Assembly: GCA_964519305.1 (NCBI GenBank)
Contig: CAZFHY010000004.1
Coordinates: 32,001 to 96,000 of the forward strand
DNA length: 64,000 nt
Origin: Candidatus Undinarchaeota archaeon
Lineage (GTDB): Archaea > SpSt-1190 > JASMDC01
Reading direction: 5' to 3'
The notes below the pieces were generated by a model. It saw nothing but the letters and a program-made list of their open reading frames with translations. It was not told the origin of the DNA and did no database searches. Of this stretch, positions 28,474-38,404 are shown piece by piece (within the stretch, counting starts at the first letter, position 1; each line of letters begins with the position of its first letter). The translations under genes were made by a program, and so were the position numbers.

Positions 28474-29394
28474 ATGTCCCGAAGAGATGAAGTAGCCGCA
28501 TACATGCACGAGGGTGCCACCATCGTATGCTGTGAGCAGGACCTTTCCGACGTGCTGCTGGAATCAACCAGCAGGTCACGTGTAATCGTATGTGATCCAA
28601 ACCAAGTACAGGCGCGGCTAGGTGTAGATCGCCCATCAGACCTCGGCGTTCGACTGGCGCCCGAGAACGATGCTTCTCGTCGTGCGTTCTACTGTGCCTA
28701 CTTGGGCCATCTGGTACTCAATAACGCTGGAACGGAGCGGAACGGTCTATCGGAACCCGCGTTCTCTGTGGCAGACCTGCTCAAGGACCAGGAACGAATA
28801 TCGCATAAGGTCTCACTCTCTTGGGACGGGCGGCCAGTGCAGCGAATCGGTGGTGTTGACCAGGCCTTCACCGAGGGATCGATGATCTCAGCTATAGTAG
28901 TAGTGGACCCCAATAGCATGGAAACAGTGGAAACAGTGACTGCCACGGTACCCATCTCTTTCCCCTATATCCCCGGGCTGCTCTCATATAGAGAGGCGCC
29001 AGGGATCTCCGCCAGTCTACGTGAGCTCGATATGCGACCTGATGTCCTGCTCGTCAATGGCTGCGGGATCAACCATTTCCAGGGCGTCGGGCTGGCATCC
29101 CACGTGGGTGTGACGGAGGACATACCCACCATCGGAGTTACCCGCAGGCTCCTCTGTGGCCGTTTTTCCAGTGAAGGAGAATGCGGCCCATGGCCCATTC
29201 ACTACAAGAGTGGTATCGTAGGGAATGCCGTTGCCTCGCGCAAGGGATCGCGCCCCGTCTTCGTTGCACCAGGGCACCTGATGGACCTGAAACGTTCACT
29301 GGAATTGACCCTCCCGCTGTTCACAGGCTCACGCCTCCCGCTTCCATTAGCAGAAGCGCATCGCGTATGTACGCTCAAAAAGAAATCGCTGTAG
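28474..29394 (+). CDS. nfi: Endonuclease V with ~95-aa N-terminal extension
   Basis: GVDQAF, FPYIPGLLSYRE, GLASHVGV, PTIGV, PVFVAPGH, RLPLPLAEAH. Confidence 0.88.
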   Translation: MSRRDEVAAYMHEGATIVCCEQDLSDVLLESTSRSRVIVCDPNQVQARLGVDRPSDLGVRLAPENDASRRAFYCAYLGHLVLNNAGTERNGLSEPAFSVADLLKDQERISHKVSLSWDGRPVQRIGGVDQAFTEGSMISAIVVVDPNSMETVETVTATVPISFPYIPGLLSYREAPGISASLRELDMRPDVLLVNGCGINHFQGVGLASHVGVTEDIPTIGVTRRLLCGRFSSEGECGPWPIHYKSGIVGNAVASRKGSRPVFVAPGHLMDLKRSLELTLPLFTGSRLPLPLAEAHRVCTLKKKSL

Positions 29395-29550
29395 ACTATA
29401 ACTTATCGCTTTTTTTCAGGCCCCCGACCACGCGATATCAGGTAAGAACAACGACCATAAGGTATCGCTGTTTCTAATGATCCGGACCCATCTGACCTGC
29501 TGGTCAAGCCCCCAGCACCCGCAGCACGTTCAGTTCAGGTCGTCCCTTGT

Positions 29551-29582
29551 GTTATCGCTTTCAATCATAAGTTATCGCTTTC
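29551..29582 (+). promoter_or_regulatory. Direct repeat GTTATCGCTTTC x2 upstream of the TATA box of the wHTH gene
   Basis: Exact 12-mers at 29551 and 29571, partial copies near 29403 and 29462; TATTATAAA at 29598. Confidence 0.5.
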
Positions 29583-29684
29583 TATTTCGGACCACAGTAT
29601 TATAAACGATCAGCGACCTTGTCTCCATTACCACCCCTTAGGCGGATCATCGCCTCAAATCGAGGTATCCGTCGGGGTATCGAG

Positions 29685-30230
29685 GTGAAAAAAGTGTTCA
29701 AGAGTCTCCTGGGCATCGATCGCGTTATTGACCTTCTCGTTGAGTACAAAGCCGTGCTGGAGGATCTACGCGGCCACAATGAACTGCTCCAGCAGCAACA
29801 GTACAAGCTCCAGCAGCAGCACGTCTCCCTGCACCTGCAGCACGATACAATACTCCAAAATACGGGTGAGCTGGACGCTCTCAGGGAGATTCTTCTCGAA
29901 ATGGAGAAAAAGTCGGAAGATGGTTCCTGTTTAAAGAGTGAACTAGAGAATGCGAAGGATATAGTATTCGGACTCGTTTCTGAGACCGATATGAAGTATC
30001 TTGAGGCCATCAGGAACCTCAAGAACGTAACTGCCAACGATCTCGCCCGCATTCTTGGCGTTAAGCGCGGTACGACCTCTGCAAAGCTCTCCGAGCTATA
30101 TCAGCGCGGTCTCGTCACAAAAGTCCAGCGGGGCAGGGAGGTCTTCTACTCTATCGCTGAAGAAGAAGAAGAGACCGAGGAGCTCGAGATCAAGGAAGAG
30201 GAGAAGCCCAAGAAGCGCAAGCGTAAGTAG
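29685..30230 (+). CDS. Coiled-coil (Gln-rich) + C-terminal winged-HTH DNA-binding protein
   Basis: VTANDLARILGVKRGTTSAKLSELYQRGLVTKVQRGREVFY; LQQQQYKLQQQH heptads; acidic then basic tail; GAGGTG at the start. Confidence 0.85.
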   Translation: MKKVFKSLLGIDRVIDLLVEYKAVLEDLRGHNELLQQQQYKLQQQHVSLHLQHDTILQNTGELDALREILLEMEKKSEDGSCLKSELENAKDIVFGLVSETDMKYLEAIRNLKNVTANDLARILGVKRGTTSAKLSELYQRGLVTKVQRGREVFYSIAEEEEETEELEIKEEEKPKKRKRK

Positions 30231-30382
30231 GGCAGCACGTCCCCCTCATTTGAGCCTCCAATAACCACGATTTCCGTCCCGTTCCACCTGGAAACGGTGC
30301 ATTATCGACGATTTCTACCTTTCCTTCCAGAATCTCGCTTGTCGACCTACTTGCAGGGTTTTAACGCGCATTTAACTCTGAC

Positions 30383-30461
30383 GTGCTGGTGATGCTGCTG
30401 TTCGCTAGCAGCAGCAGCACATCAGCAGCAGCAGCAGCACCAGCAGCAGGCCTGCAGCAGG
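30383..30461. repeat. Non-coding CAG/CTG triplet tract with hairpin potential
   Basis: gtgctggtgatgctgctg followed by (cag)n-cac-atcagcagcagcagcagcaccagcagcag. Confidence 0.7.
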
Positions 30462-31003
30462 TTATTCTGTACCATATTGTTTATTTATTTACCAATATGC
30501 ACTGATAACTAACAATTACTAATCATAATTCACTATGCAACAATAGCAAATTTCTTCGAACCCGCCTGAAAATGAGGATTACACCACTACTACCCGGTAA
30601 AACCCCGTTATTGCGCTGAAAACGCCATAATTAGGGCGAAAATGCGTAATTATAAGCTTTTACACTGATTTATACGGTTATTTACGGCCTAAAGAGACAT
30701 GAGAATGAGGGTTAGTTTACAACTTCCAAGGTACGAATCGTCAGAAAATACGAAAAACCGTAAATATTAAGATTATTATCAAAAATACTAGACATATGCC
30801 GCAATAACTGTCTGAAACCGAGTCCAAGGTGCGGAAAAACAAGGGATATAGCCCAGATCAGATAAGATGACGGCCCGGATGAGGACAGTACAGGCCAGAA
30901 GGGAGCGATCCCGGTCTGAACGTAATCGGATAGGAACGGATTCATGATTATGAGGCAAAAACGCAGGACAGGAGCCGGATTATTAACGATCCGGCGACGT
31001 TAG

Positions 31004-31107
31004 AAAAAGAGAGTTACAGGACCCCCTCCCGGTGACACAACGTCCACGTCATGCTGTGGTCCAGGGAGAACGCTAGACGTGAGCCCACTCAGCAGAGAGG
31101 GGAGGGC
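31004..31107 (-). ncRNA. Candidate ~100-nt structured non-coding RNA
   Basis: Minus-strand TATA (AAATATAAAG, 31126-31135) about 25 nt upstream; closing stem CCCUCCC/GGGAGGG, inner CACGUC/GACGUG; U-tract at the 3' end. Confidence 0.45.
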
Positions 31108-31212
31108 GTACCACGTAGAGAGCACCTTTATATTTCGATAGAGAGATGATGATATAGGGGCCGACGAAGCATCGTTTGAATATAAGGGCACCAACAAAAG
31201 GCAGGATCGACT

Positions 31213-31920
31213 ATGTTCATCTCCACGGTCATCCCAGCATATGACGAGTGTGAGAACCTTGAGGTGCTTACACCACGACTAGTAAAAGCACTCAGAGAGC
31301 TCGATGTCGATCACGAGATAATCTACGTTATCCAGGGGAATGATGGGTCCACGGAGCTCATCGAGAGGATGAAGAACGACATCCCCGAACTGCGGTACAT
31401 CGCACACCCTTCACCCTTAGGCGTGGGAAGAGCGTTCAGGACGGGATTCGCCGAAGTGGACCCGCGGGCAGACTATGTCCTGACAATGGACGCGGACCTC
31501 AACCATCGACCCGAGGAGCTGGAGAGGTTCGTACGTGCGGTGAGGGCAAATGATCCTGACATAGTCGTAGGTTCACGCCGAGCGCTCGGAGGTGTGATCG
31601 TGGATATGCCCCCGTTCAAGCGTATTGTCAGCGACCTGACGACAAAGGCCCTGAACGTAACGCTTGGCAGGAACGCTGTGACCGACATGACCTCAGGGTA
31701 TCGCCTCTATAGACGTTCGGTGCTCGATGAGATATTCCCCTGCACCCGGTCCAAGGATTTCGAGTTCTACCCGGAGATACTCATGCTAGCAATCGAGCAA
31801 GAGCGTACGATCACTGAGGTCCCCATCACCTTCACAATGAGGATCCACGGTCTGAGCAAGCTGAACTGGTATGCTTCGGCAAAGGGATATGCGAGACTCC
31901 TGAGCAAGCGTGTGTTCTAG
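31213..31920 (+). CDS. Polyprenol-phosphate glycosyltransferase (DPM1-like GT2)
   Basis: STVIPAYDE, MDADLNH.PE, DIVVGSR, DMTSGYRLYRR, EVPITF..R..G.SK. Confidence 0.9.
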   Translation: MFISTVIPAYDECENLEVLTPRLVKALRELDVDHEIIYVIQGNDGSTELIERMKNDIPELRYIAHPSPLGVGRAFRTGFAEVDPRADYVLTMDADLNHRPEELERFVRAVRANDPDIVVGSRRALGGVIVDMPPFKRIVSDLTTKALNVTLGRNAVTDMTSGYRLYRRSVLDEIFPCTRSKDFEFYPEILMLAIEQERTITEVPITFTMRIHGLSKLNWYASAKGYARLLSKRVF

Positions 31921-31992
31921 ATCGATGTGAGAGCGAGCGATCCCCCCACGCATCAGAAAGAGATAAAAACCCCCGGGCCGTTCTCCCCAGCC

Positions 31993-32403
31993 ATGATGAC
32001 GGGCACCCTCGACTTCGTCGAAGCCAAGCGGTTCGAGAGCCGGGCACCAAAAGAAGTGAGTATCAACGTCAACTTTCAGGAAATTACGCAGGAAGGCTCG
32101 TCCAACACTTATACGATCCATTTCGGATTCGATGTGCAGTACTCCCCGAGCATCGGATATATCCGGATGAAGGGGACCATGCTGTTCGAAGGCAAAGAAG
32201 CGGATACCGAGCATTTCGAGAGCACCAAGCGTTTGCCTGATGCGAGTGTTCAGACCGTCGCGAACTCCATTCTCCAGAACTGCACTGTCCAGACCGTAAT
32301 GCTTTCGAGCATGCTCAAGCTCCCTCCACCCATCAATCTCCCGTCAGTCAACATCAAGCGGCCCGGGAAAAAGCCCGAGGCAGATGTGACCTACATTGGC
32401 TGA
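31993..32403 (+). CDS. Conserved archaeal SecB-like fold protein
   Basis: FGFDVQYSPSIGYIRMKG...ANSILQNC...LKLPPPINLP pattern. Confidence 0.65.
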   Translation: MMTGTLDFVEAKRFESRAPKEVSINVNFQEITQEGSSNTYTIHFGFDVQYSPSIGYIRMKGTMLFEGKEADTEHFESTKRLPDASVQTVANSILQNCTVQTVMLSSMLKLPPPINLPSVNIKRPGKKPEADVTYIG

Positions 32404-35209
32404 GGCCTCGCCCAACCCCTTCTCCCTGCTCGCGGACCCGGTCCGCCATCTGCTAGACTGTAAGGGGATCGCCGCGCCAACGCCTGCACAAGCTGAGGCT
32501 ATCCCCAGGATCTTCTCCGGGACCAACGTGCTCCTCATCTCGCCCACCGGATCAGGAAAGACAGAAGCAGCCGTCCTTCCCGCGTTCCACAGGATGCTCC
32601 AATGGCGGAATGAAGGTCACACAGGTAACCTCGTGCTGTACATCACACCCCTCCGCGCCCTCAACAGGGACATCATGGAGAGGATGAAGTGGTGGGGTGA
32701 AGAGCTGGGATTCAGCGTGGAGGTCCGTCATGGGGACACGACGCCCGCGGCACGCCGGCGCCAGGCGCTAAAGCCCCCCGATATGCTCATCACTACACCG
32801 GAGACGGTCCAGGCCATGCTCCTGGGAAAGCGGCTGCGCACCCACCTTGCGAACCTGCGCATGGTCATCGTTGACGAGGTCCATGAGCTTGCAGTTGACA
32901 AGCGCGGCAGTCAGCTCTCCGTGGCACTCGAGCGATTGTGCAGGCTCGCCGGCAGCCCTATCCAACGTGTAGGGCTTTCGGCCACGGTAGGGACACCGGA
33001 AGAGGTGGCCGCGTTCCTAAGGGGTTCGGGGAGCCCTGTCGAGGTCGTGCATGCCGAGACCGAGAAGCGGCTCGAGATCGAGGTCGCCATGCCCACGGTA
33101 ATCGAAGGGGACGAGGAGCTTGCGGAACACCTTATGGTCGCTCCCCAGCTGGCATCAGCAGTGCGTACGATCGAGGGGAACGTCCGACAAGAGCGCTCGG
33201 TGCTAACGTTCGTGAACACACGCCAGCAAGCCGAGGTGCTATCTTCCCGGTTCGCTATCTGGGACGAGTCATCGGGTACAGATGTCCATCACTCATCCCT
33301 GTCCAAGGCCGCCCGTATCGAAGCGGAACGTGCGTTCAAGGCGGGTGAAATCACGAACCTCGTTTGCACGAGCTCAATGGAGCTTGGCATCGATGTCGGT
33401 TCAGTGGACCGGGTCATCCAATACACTTCACCACGCCAGGCCACCAGGCTTGTGCAGCGCGTGGGCCGTGCTGGCCATAGGGCGGATGTTGTCTCCCGGG
33501 GGCTAGTGCTCGCCATGGACGCGGACGACTGCATTGAGGCCGCGGTGGTCGCGCGTAGGACCATGGCCGGTGAACTCGAACCTATCCAGGTCTTCCGGAT
33601 TCCCCTGGACGTTGTTGCGAATCAAGTAGTCGGGCTTGCCAAGGAGGATAGGACCGTGGACGCCCGGGACGCATTGCGCACGATCTCATCGGCCGCGCCC
33701 TTCAATGACCTCTCCCGCGACGACTTCATCGAGCTCGTTGACCTGCTCTGTGACCTGGGCATCCTATGGCGGGATGGTGAGACCATCGGTGCACGACGCA
33801 AGGGGTCCACCTACTTCTATAACAATCTCTCAATGATCCCTGACCAGCGCAGCTACTCGGTGGTCACTGTGGATGGACAAGAGCGCATCGGGGTACTCGA
33901 CGAGCGCTTCGTGGTCCAGAACGTGGAACCCGGTTCGGTGTTCATATGCAAGGGTCGACCATGGCGGATAGTCGGGATGGATGAGGAAGCGCTCTTCGTC
34001 GAACGCGTGGGACGCTCTGTTGGGACCATCCCCCGATGGGAGGGTGAGCTCATCCCGGTGGAATGGGATGTCGCCCGGGAGGTCGGGACGCTGCGCGGCA
34101 GGCTGGCAGCAGCTCATGATAAGGATGCGCTGAGCATCCTCACAAGCGAGTATCCTCTTGACAATGCGGGTGCAAAGGCCGTGCTCAAATCGGTCCGGGA
34201 TACTCCGTTCAAAGCGGACCAGAAGTCCATCGTTATCGAGCGAGTAGGTTCAGCTGTTGTGGTCCATGCCTGCTTCGGTTCGCGAGTGAACACCACCCTC
34301 GGTCTCCTGCTATCCTCCTACATAACCCTGCACCATGGCAGCGCCGTGACCATGCGCTCGGACCCGTACCGCATCCTGCTGGAGTTCCCCGGGGCCCCCG
34401 ACACTGAACTTGTGGAGCGATTGATACTCAACCTCGGAACAGAGCATCTCATGAGTGACCTTACACGTATCGTGGAGGACAGCGCTCTCTATCGCTGGCG
34501 CTTCCTGCACGTTGCCCGACGCTTCGGCGCCATCAAGAAGGACGCCGACCATGCCCATATTAGCTTCAAACGCATAATAGATGCCTATTCTGGCACGCTC
34601 CTCGCCCGTGAGACACGCAACGAGGTGTTCACCGAGAAGCTCGACATCCCGCATACCAATGAGGTGGTCGGAATGATCGCCGAGGGAACCCTATCAGTCG
34701 GTCATGCTAGCGGTTGTTCACCCCTTGCACGGTCGATCATCGAGCACCCCAAGAGGACGGTGGTATCCCCCGAACGCCCTGATGCCGAGATCATGCGTAT
34801 CTTCCGCGAACGCCTTCTCTCCACTCGCATCTATCTATTCTGTATGCATTGCAACGCGTGGGAGACTTCGCTCATGGTGAAGACCGTACCAGAAGACCTG
34901 GAATGCGGGAACTGCGGTGCTCGTCTGCTCGCCACCGTAGGACCTGACGATAGTGCACTCCTCAAGCGGGACGCCCGCGGTGAGAAACTGGGTGCTAAAG
35001 ATGGACGCCGCGTGCGGTCCCTCAGGCTATCAGCGGACCTTTTCATCTCATACGGACCACGAGCTTTACTGGTCCTTGCCGGGAAGGGAATCGGTCCACG
35101 CACTGCGGCCCGCGTCCTCGGACGCCCTCATGAAAGCGAGAACGAGCTCCTGCGTGATATCATGGAAGCTGAGAGGACATTCTTCCGCACGAAGCGCTTC
35201 TGGGGATAA
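32396..35209 (+). CDS. lhr: Lhr-family ATP-dependent SF2 helicase
   Basis: SPTGSGKT, YITPLRALNRD, DEVHEL..DKRG, LSAT, HHSSLS, SMELGIDVG, QRVGRAGH, C-terminal CxxC...CxxC. Confidence 0.93.
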   Translation: MAEASPNPFSLLADPVRHLLDCKGIAAPTPAQAEAIPRIFSGTNVLLISPTGSGKTEAAVLPAFHRMLQWRNEGHTGNLVLYITPLRALNRDIMERMKWWGEELGFSVEVRHGDTTPAARRRQALKPPDMLITTPETVQAMLLGKRLRTHLANLRMVIVDEVHELAVDKRGSQLSVALERLCRLAGSPIQRVGLSATVGTPEEVAAFLRGSGSPVEVVHAETEKRLEIEVAMPTVIEGDEELAEHLMVAPQLASAVRTIEGNVRQERSVLTFVNTRQQAEVLSSRFAIWDESSGTDVHHSSLSKAARIEAERAFKAGEITNLVCTSSMELGIDVGSVDRVIQYTSPRQATRLVQRVGRAGHRADVVSRGLVLAMDADDCIEAAVVARRTMAGELEPIQVFRIPLDVVANQVVGLAKEDRTVDARDALRTISSAAPFNDLSRDDFIELVDLLCDLGILWRDGETIGARRKGSTYFYNNLSMIPDQRSYSVVTVDGQERIGVLDERFVVQNVEPGSVFICKGRPWRIVGMDEEALFVERVGRSVGTIPRWEGELIPVEWDVAREVGTLRGRLAAAHDKDALSILTSEYPLDNAGAKAVLKSVRDTPFKADQKSIVIERVGSAVVVHACFGSRVNTTLGLLLSSYITLHHGSAVTMRSDPYRILLEFPGAPDTELVERLILNLGTEHLMSDLTRIVEDSALYRWRFLHVARRFGAIKKDADHAHISFKRIIDAYSGTLLARETRNEVFTEKLDIPHTNEVVGMIAEGTLSVGHASGCSPLARSIIEHPKRTVVSPERPDAEIMRIFRERLLSTRIYLFCMHCNAWETSLMVKTVPEDLECGNCGARLLATVGPDDSALLKRDARGEKLGAKDGRRVRSLRLSADLFISYGPRALLVLAGKGIGPRTAARVLGRPHESENELLRDIMEAERTFFRTKRFWG

Positions 35210-35221
35210 GGTTCTTAAGGG

Positions 35222-35419
35222 ATGGACGGCACTATGTGTCCAATGGGTCTTCTTGAGGATGTGGAGCGGGATATTAAGCGTGCAGAGGAGTTATTGGACC
35301 AGGAGCAGGAAGAGATCGAGAACCTGGAAAAGGAAGAAATGGAGAAGGAGCGCAATCCCGCCAAGGCGATCGTGGATGCCCTTGAGGACGCTCACGAGGA
35401 AAGTGAGGGCAACCCATAA
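35222..35419 (+). CDS. Small acidic coiled-coil protein
   Basis: 65-aa Glu-rich ORF just after lhr. Confidence 0.5.
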   Translation: MDGTMCPMGLLEDVERDIKRAEELLDQEQEEIENLEKEEMEKERNPAKAIVDALEDAHEESEGNP

Positions 35420-35589
35420 CGGACTTGTTTTTCAAGATTAGTAAGCGTAAGTTGTGCTTAGTTAAGTTTTCCTTTTATACTTAATGAATATTACGCAGGT
35501 TTTCGCACCCGATTTCTACGCTCCCCAGAAGGTCCCCGCGCCCCCTTCCGGGAAGGTTCTTATACCTTTCCCGTCGAGCCAACCCCAGC

Positions 35590-36126
35590 ATGGTCGTGTA
35601 CGAGCTACGAGAGGATGACCTCGATGTGCTCCGCATGGTCCATGGTAAGTTGTTCGAGGATAACAGCTCATTCGTAGTATGGCTCGATGAGCGTCAAGGT
35701 CCGGTCGTGACCATTGGTGATCGCGTTACCTTCACCCTTCTATCACTTGGCATCGTACCAGACCTAGCGATCATCGATTTACTGGAGCGCCGCCGCCCAA
35801 TTAACGAGGAACATAGACAGGCCTTGGACTATGGATCCAGGGAACTGAAATGTGAGAATCCAGCTGGCGTGGTCACGCAGGCATTGTGGGACGCTGTGTC
35901 CGAGGGTCTTCGTGAACCACCGGCACGGGTAGTCGTATCCGGAGAGGAGGACCTCGCCGCCATCCCCGTCACGATGCTGGCGCCCCTCGGTTCCATTGTC
36001 GTCTACGGAATGCCCGGACGAGGGATGGTCGCCTACGCTATCAATGAAGGGCATAAAGAGGCCGTGAGTTCGCTACTTGCGGACCACGGGGACAGGGACG
36101 ATCATCGTCCGGATAAAGCTGATTGA
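35590..36126 (+). CDS. GTP-dependent dephospho-CoA kinase (DUF359)
   Basis: TIGDRVT, PDLAIID...RR, NPAG, GEEDL, VYGMPG.G. Confidence 0.88.
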   Translation: MVVYELREDDLDVLRMVHGKLFEDNSSFVVWLDERQGPVVTIGDRVTFTLLSLGIVPDLAIIDLLERRRPINEEHRQALDYGSRELKCENPAGVVTQALWDAVSEGLREPPARVVVSGEEDLAAIPVTMLAPLGSIVVYGMPGRGMVAYAINEGHKEAVSSLLADHGDRDDHRPDKAD

Positions 36127-37107
36127 TAAGGCCACGACGATTGGTCCGAGCACAAGCCCCTTGAATCCCCATACCAGAAGACCTCCCAACAGACCTACAA
36201 GCGTAAACACCGGATGCACACCATGGCGACTCATCCGGTCACCCACTATCAGCGAGTAGACCACATTGTCCAACAGGCCGATCGCGATACCTAGAACGAG
36301 GATGAGCGCACCTCGTCCCGGCATACCGAGAGATGCCCAGTATGCCGAAAGGGGTATGTAGAGGATCCACACCCCGATCTGAGGTATGATGAAGATAATG
36401 CCTGCTGCCACCCCCAACAGAGTGGCGTTGGGGATACCTAGTATAAAGAGCCCCGAAGCGGAGGTGAACGCACAGACGATCCCCGTGATGAACCGTCCGA
36501 AGATGGTGGCGTATATCGCTATGTCGGCCACATGGAGGTATTCCTCCACACGCTTCCGTTGCTTCTTTGGTAGGAAATCGAGGACCTTGTCGTGAAGCTC
36601 CGGACCGTCACGGATGAAGTAGAAGAGGAAGACGAGGAACATGAAGAGATGGATGACGCGCTCCGGTAGCGTGGCTACAAGGAGAGCGAACTGGTCGAGA
36701 ACGGGACCGATATAGGGTTCGTCGAACACGGCATTGAGGAGGGTGGTCATCTCCTGGAACTGCTCCCATTCCTGGAAGAGGAGCATTACCAGCGGATGTT
36801 CGCTGGAGAGGATGTCCTGGTTCACAAGGTACCGTACACCCACAACGATCTTGCCCTGCATGAAGCGCAATCCAAGCAGGGCGGGGAGCACGATACCGAG
36901 TATTATCAGGGTTGTCGTGATGAAGGCCATCAAGTCACGGTGGCCCACGTGCCCCTTGATAGAACGCCGCAGTGGAAGCGCTACATAGGCGAGCAGAAGT
37001 GCGAACACTATGTCCCCGATGAAGGGCGAGAATAGGTACAGAGTGAGGATAACGAGCAGGGCACCGGCTACTTTAACACCAGTGTCCCACGCCTTATCAA
37101 GCTCCAC
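36073..37107 (-). CDS. AI-2E family (PerM) transporter
   Basis: FYFIRDG, IPQIG, LLDN, HP...LVGLLGG...GFKGLVLGP; GTG start 37107 overlaps the upstream stop. Confidence 0.9.
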   Translation of the reverse strand: MELDKAWDTGVKVAGALLVILTLYLFSPFIGDIVFALLLAYVALPLRRSIKGHVGHRDLMAFITTTLIILGIVLPALLGLRFMQGKIVVGVRYLVNQDILSSEHPLVMLLFQEWEQFQEMTTLLNAVFDEPYIGPVLDQFALLVATLPERVIHLFMFLVFLFYFIRDGPELHDKVLDFLPKKQRKRVEEYLHVADIAIYATIFGRFITGIVCAFTSASGLFILGIPNATLLGVAAGIIFIIPQIGVWILYIPLSAYWASLGMPGRGALILVLGIAIGLLDNVVYSLIVGDRMSRHGVHPVFTLVGLLGGLLVWGFKGLVLGPIVVALSISFIRTMIVPVPVVRK

Positions 37108-38404
37108 TTTTCCGTCCCAGCACCGAGAGCATATAGGTGAACGCAGAGGACGAAGCGTCGCCAGCACCCACCTCGGACTCAAAGTCCAGACATTCCAGAC
37201 CGGGTACTATGCTCCCTTCCATGCCACCGACGGTGAAAGTGCCATCCTTCTCTTCCGTGCCGTACTGCTCCACTATCTTCTCGGCGGCGGTGATACCCTC
37301 CTCGGAGAAGTTGAGCGTGTCAAAGCGATCGATCATCTCGTCCATTCGAGGATACCGACCGGTCTCTACCCTGAGCACACCGGCCACGGCAGCGAAGTTC
37401 TGCGCCTTGATGATGGTATCCTGGGTGAGGAATTCCTTCTTTTTCACACAGACATGGTGTGTCCTCGTGTGGAGCCAGATGGCCTTCAGGTTCTTGGCAG
37501 CACCGAGTATATCTGCCATTTGGGTCACTTGGTCACCTTTTCGAGGGAAGAGGGCTTCGTGGAGCTGCTCGAGCTCAATCTCGTTCACTGAGAGCACGTC
37601 GAACTTGTCGTAGACCTTCTCGAAGAGGAACTTGCGGTCCATGTTGGATGTCTTGGTTAGCGCTCCCGTGTCGGTGAAGAGGAACTGCGCGTTCCCGCGC
37701 ACCTTGTCAACTAGGTTTGATACCTTGTCAAGGCCGTTCTTGTCAGTCGCAAACACGACATGCCAACCCACGAGGTTTACCGAGTCGATGGTCCCATATG
37801 TCTCGCTGACCTCATCAACTATGTTGGGGATGCTGTCAACGTAGTCGCGAAGGTGTTCCCAGCGTCGCCCCTCCCCGTCACAGAGGATGAAGCGGTCAGT
37901 GCCACCGGCCTGGATGATGAGCGACTTGGGATCGAGCTCGTCAAAAGTTATTGCGAAATCGAAGTCGACGGACTCGAAATATTTCTTCGTGCGATTGGGG
38001 AGCCGCTTGAGAACCTTGGGGAATATGTTCCCCAGGAAGACGACGTTGGCCCCGAGTGCCTTGAGGGCTGAGGACTCCAGAGCACCGTTACCGCCAAGTG
38101 AGTTCTTGATGTTAACTCCCTTGTCACGGAGCGCTCTAATAAGCTCATCCGCCTCTTGTGAGTTGCCGTCAATGACACGCTCATCTCCCTTGCCCTTGGA
38201 AATCCACATATGAGCAAGGTCGAGGTACGGTTTGAGCTTACCCTCATACCTTTCCGAGAACCGTTTGATCTCGTCAAGGCTGGAGAAGTTGATCCACACG
38301 TCCCTCGTGGACTCGCACCCGACGACCATCGTGGGAATGATGCGGGTACTGGTCTCGAGATGCTTGCGGGTAGCGGCGAACTGCTGAACGTAAAAGGCCT
38401 CCAT
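37097..38404 (-). CDS. ADP-dependent glucokinase/phosphofructokinase family
   Basis: GKGDER, LGGNG, DRFI, SVNEIEL, LHT, VGAGD ribokinase-type catalytic motif. Confidence 0.8.
   Translation of the reverse strand: MEAFYVQQFAATRKHLETSTRIIPTMVVGCESTRDVWINFSSLDEIKRFSERYEGKLKPYLDLAHMWISKGKGDERVIDGNSQEADELIRALRDKGVNIKNSLGGNGALESSALKALGANVVFLGNIFPKVLKRLPNRTKKYFESVDFDFAITFDELDPKSLIIQAGGTDRFILCDGEGRRWEHLRDYVDSIPNIVDEVSETYGTIDSVNLVGWHVVFATDKNGLDKVSNLVDKVRGNAQFLFTDTGALTKTSNMDRKFLFEKVYDKFDVLSVNEIELEQLHEALFPRKGDQVTQMADILGAAKNLKAIWLHTRTHHVCVKKKEFLTQDTIIKAQNFAAVAGVLRVETGRYPRMDEMIDRFDTLNFSEEGITAAEKIVEQYGTEEKDGTFTVGGMEGSIVPGLECLDFESEVGAGDASSSAFTYMLSVLGRKSGA

Noticed and set aside
28474-28760. AGT-EndoV fusion as in Ferroplasma
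   Set aside because: The extension lacks the PCHR alkyltransferase motif.
30712-31197. Short minus-strand ORFs of 77 and 65 aa
   Set aside because: Atypical composition and no motifs; better explained as non-coding or ncRNA sequence.
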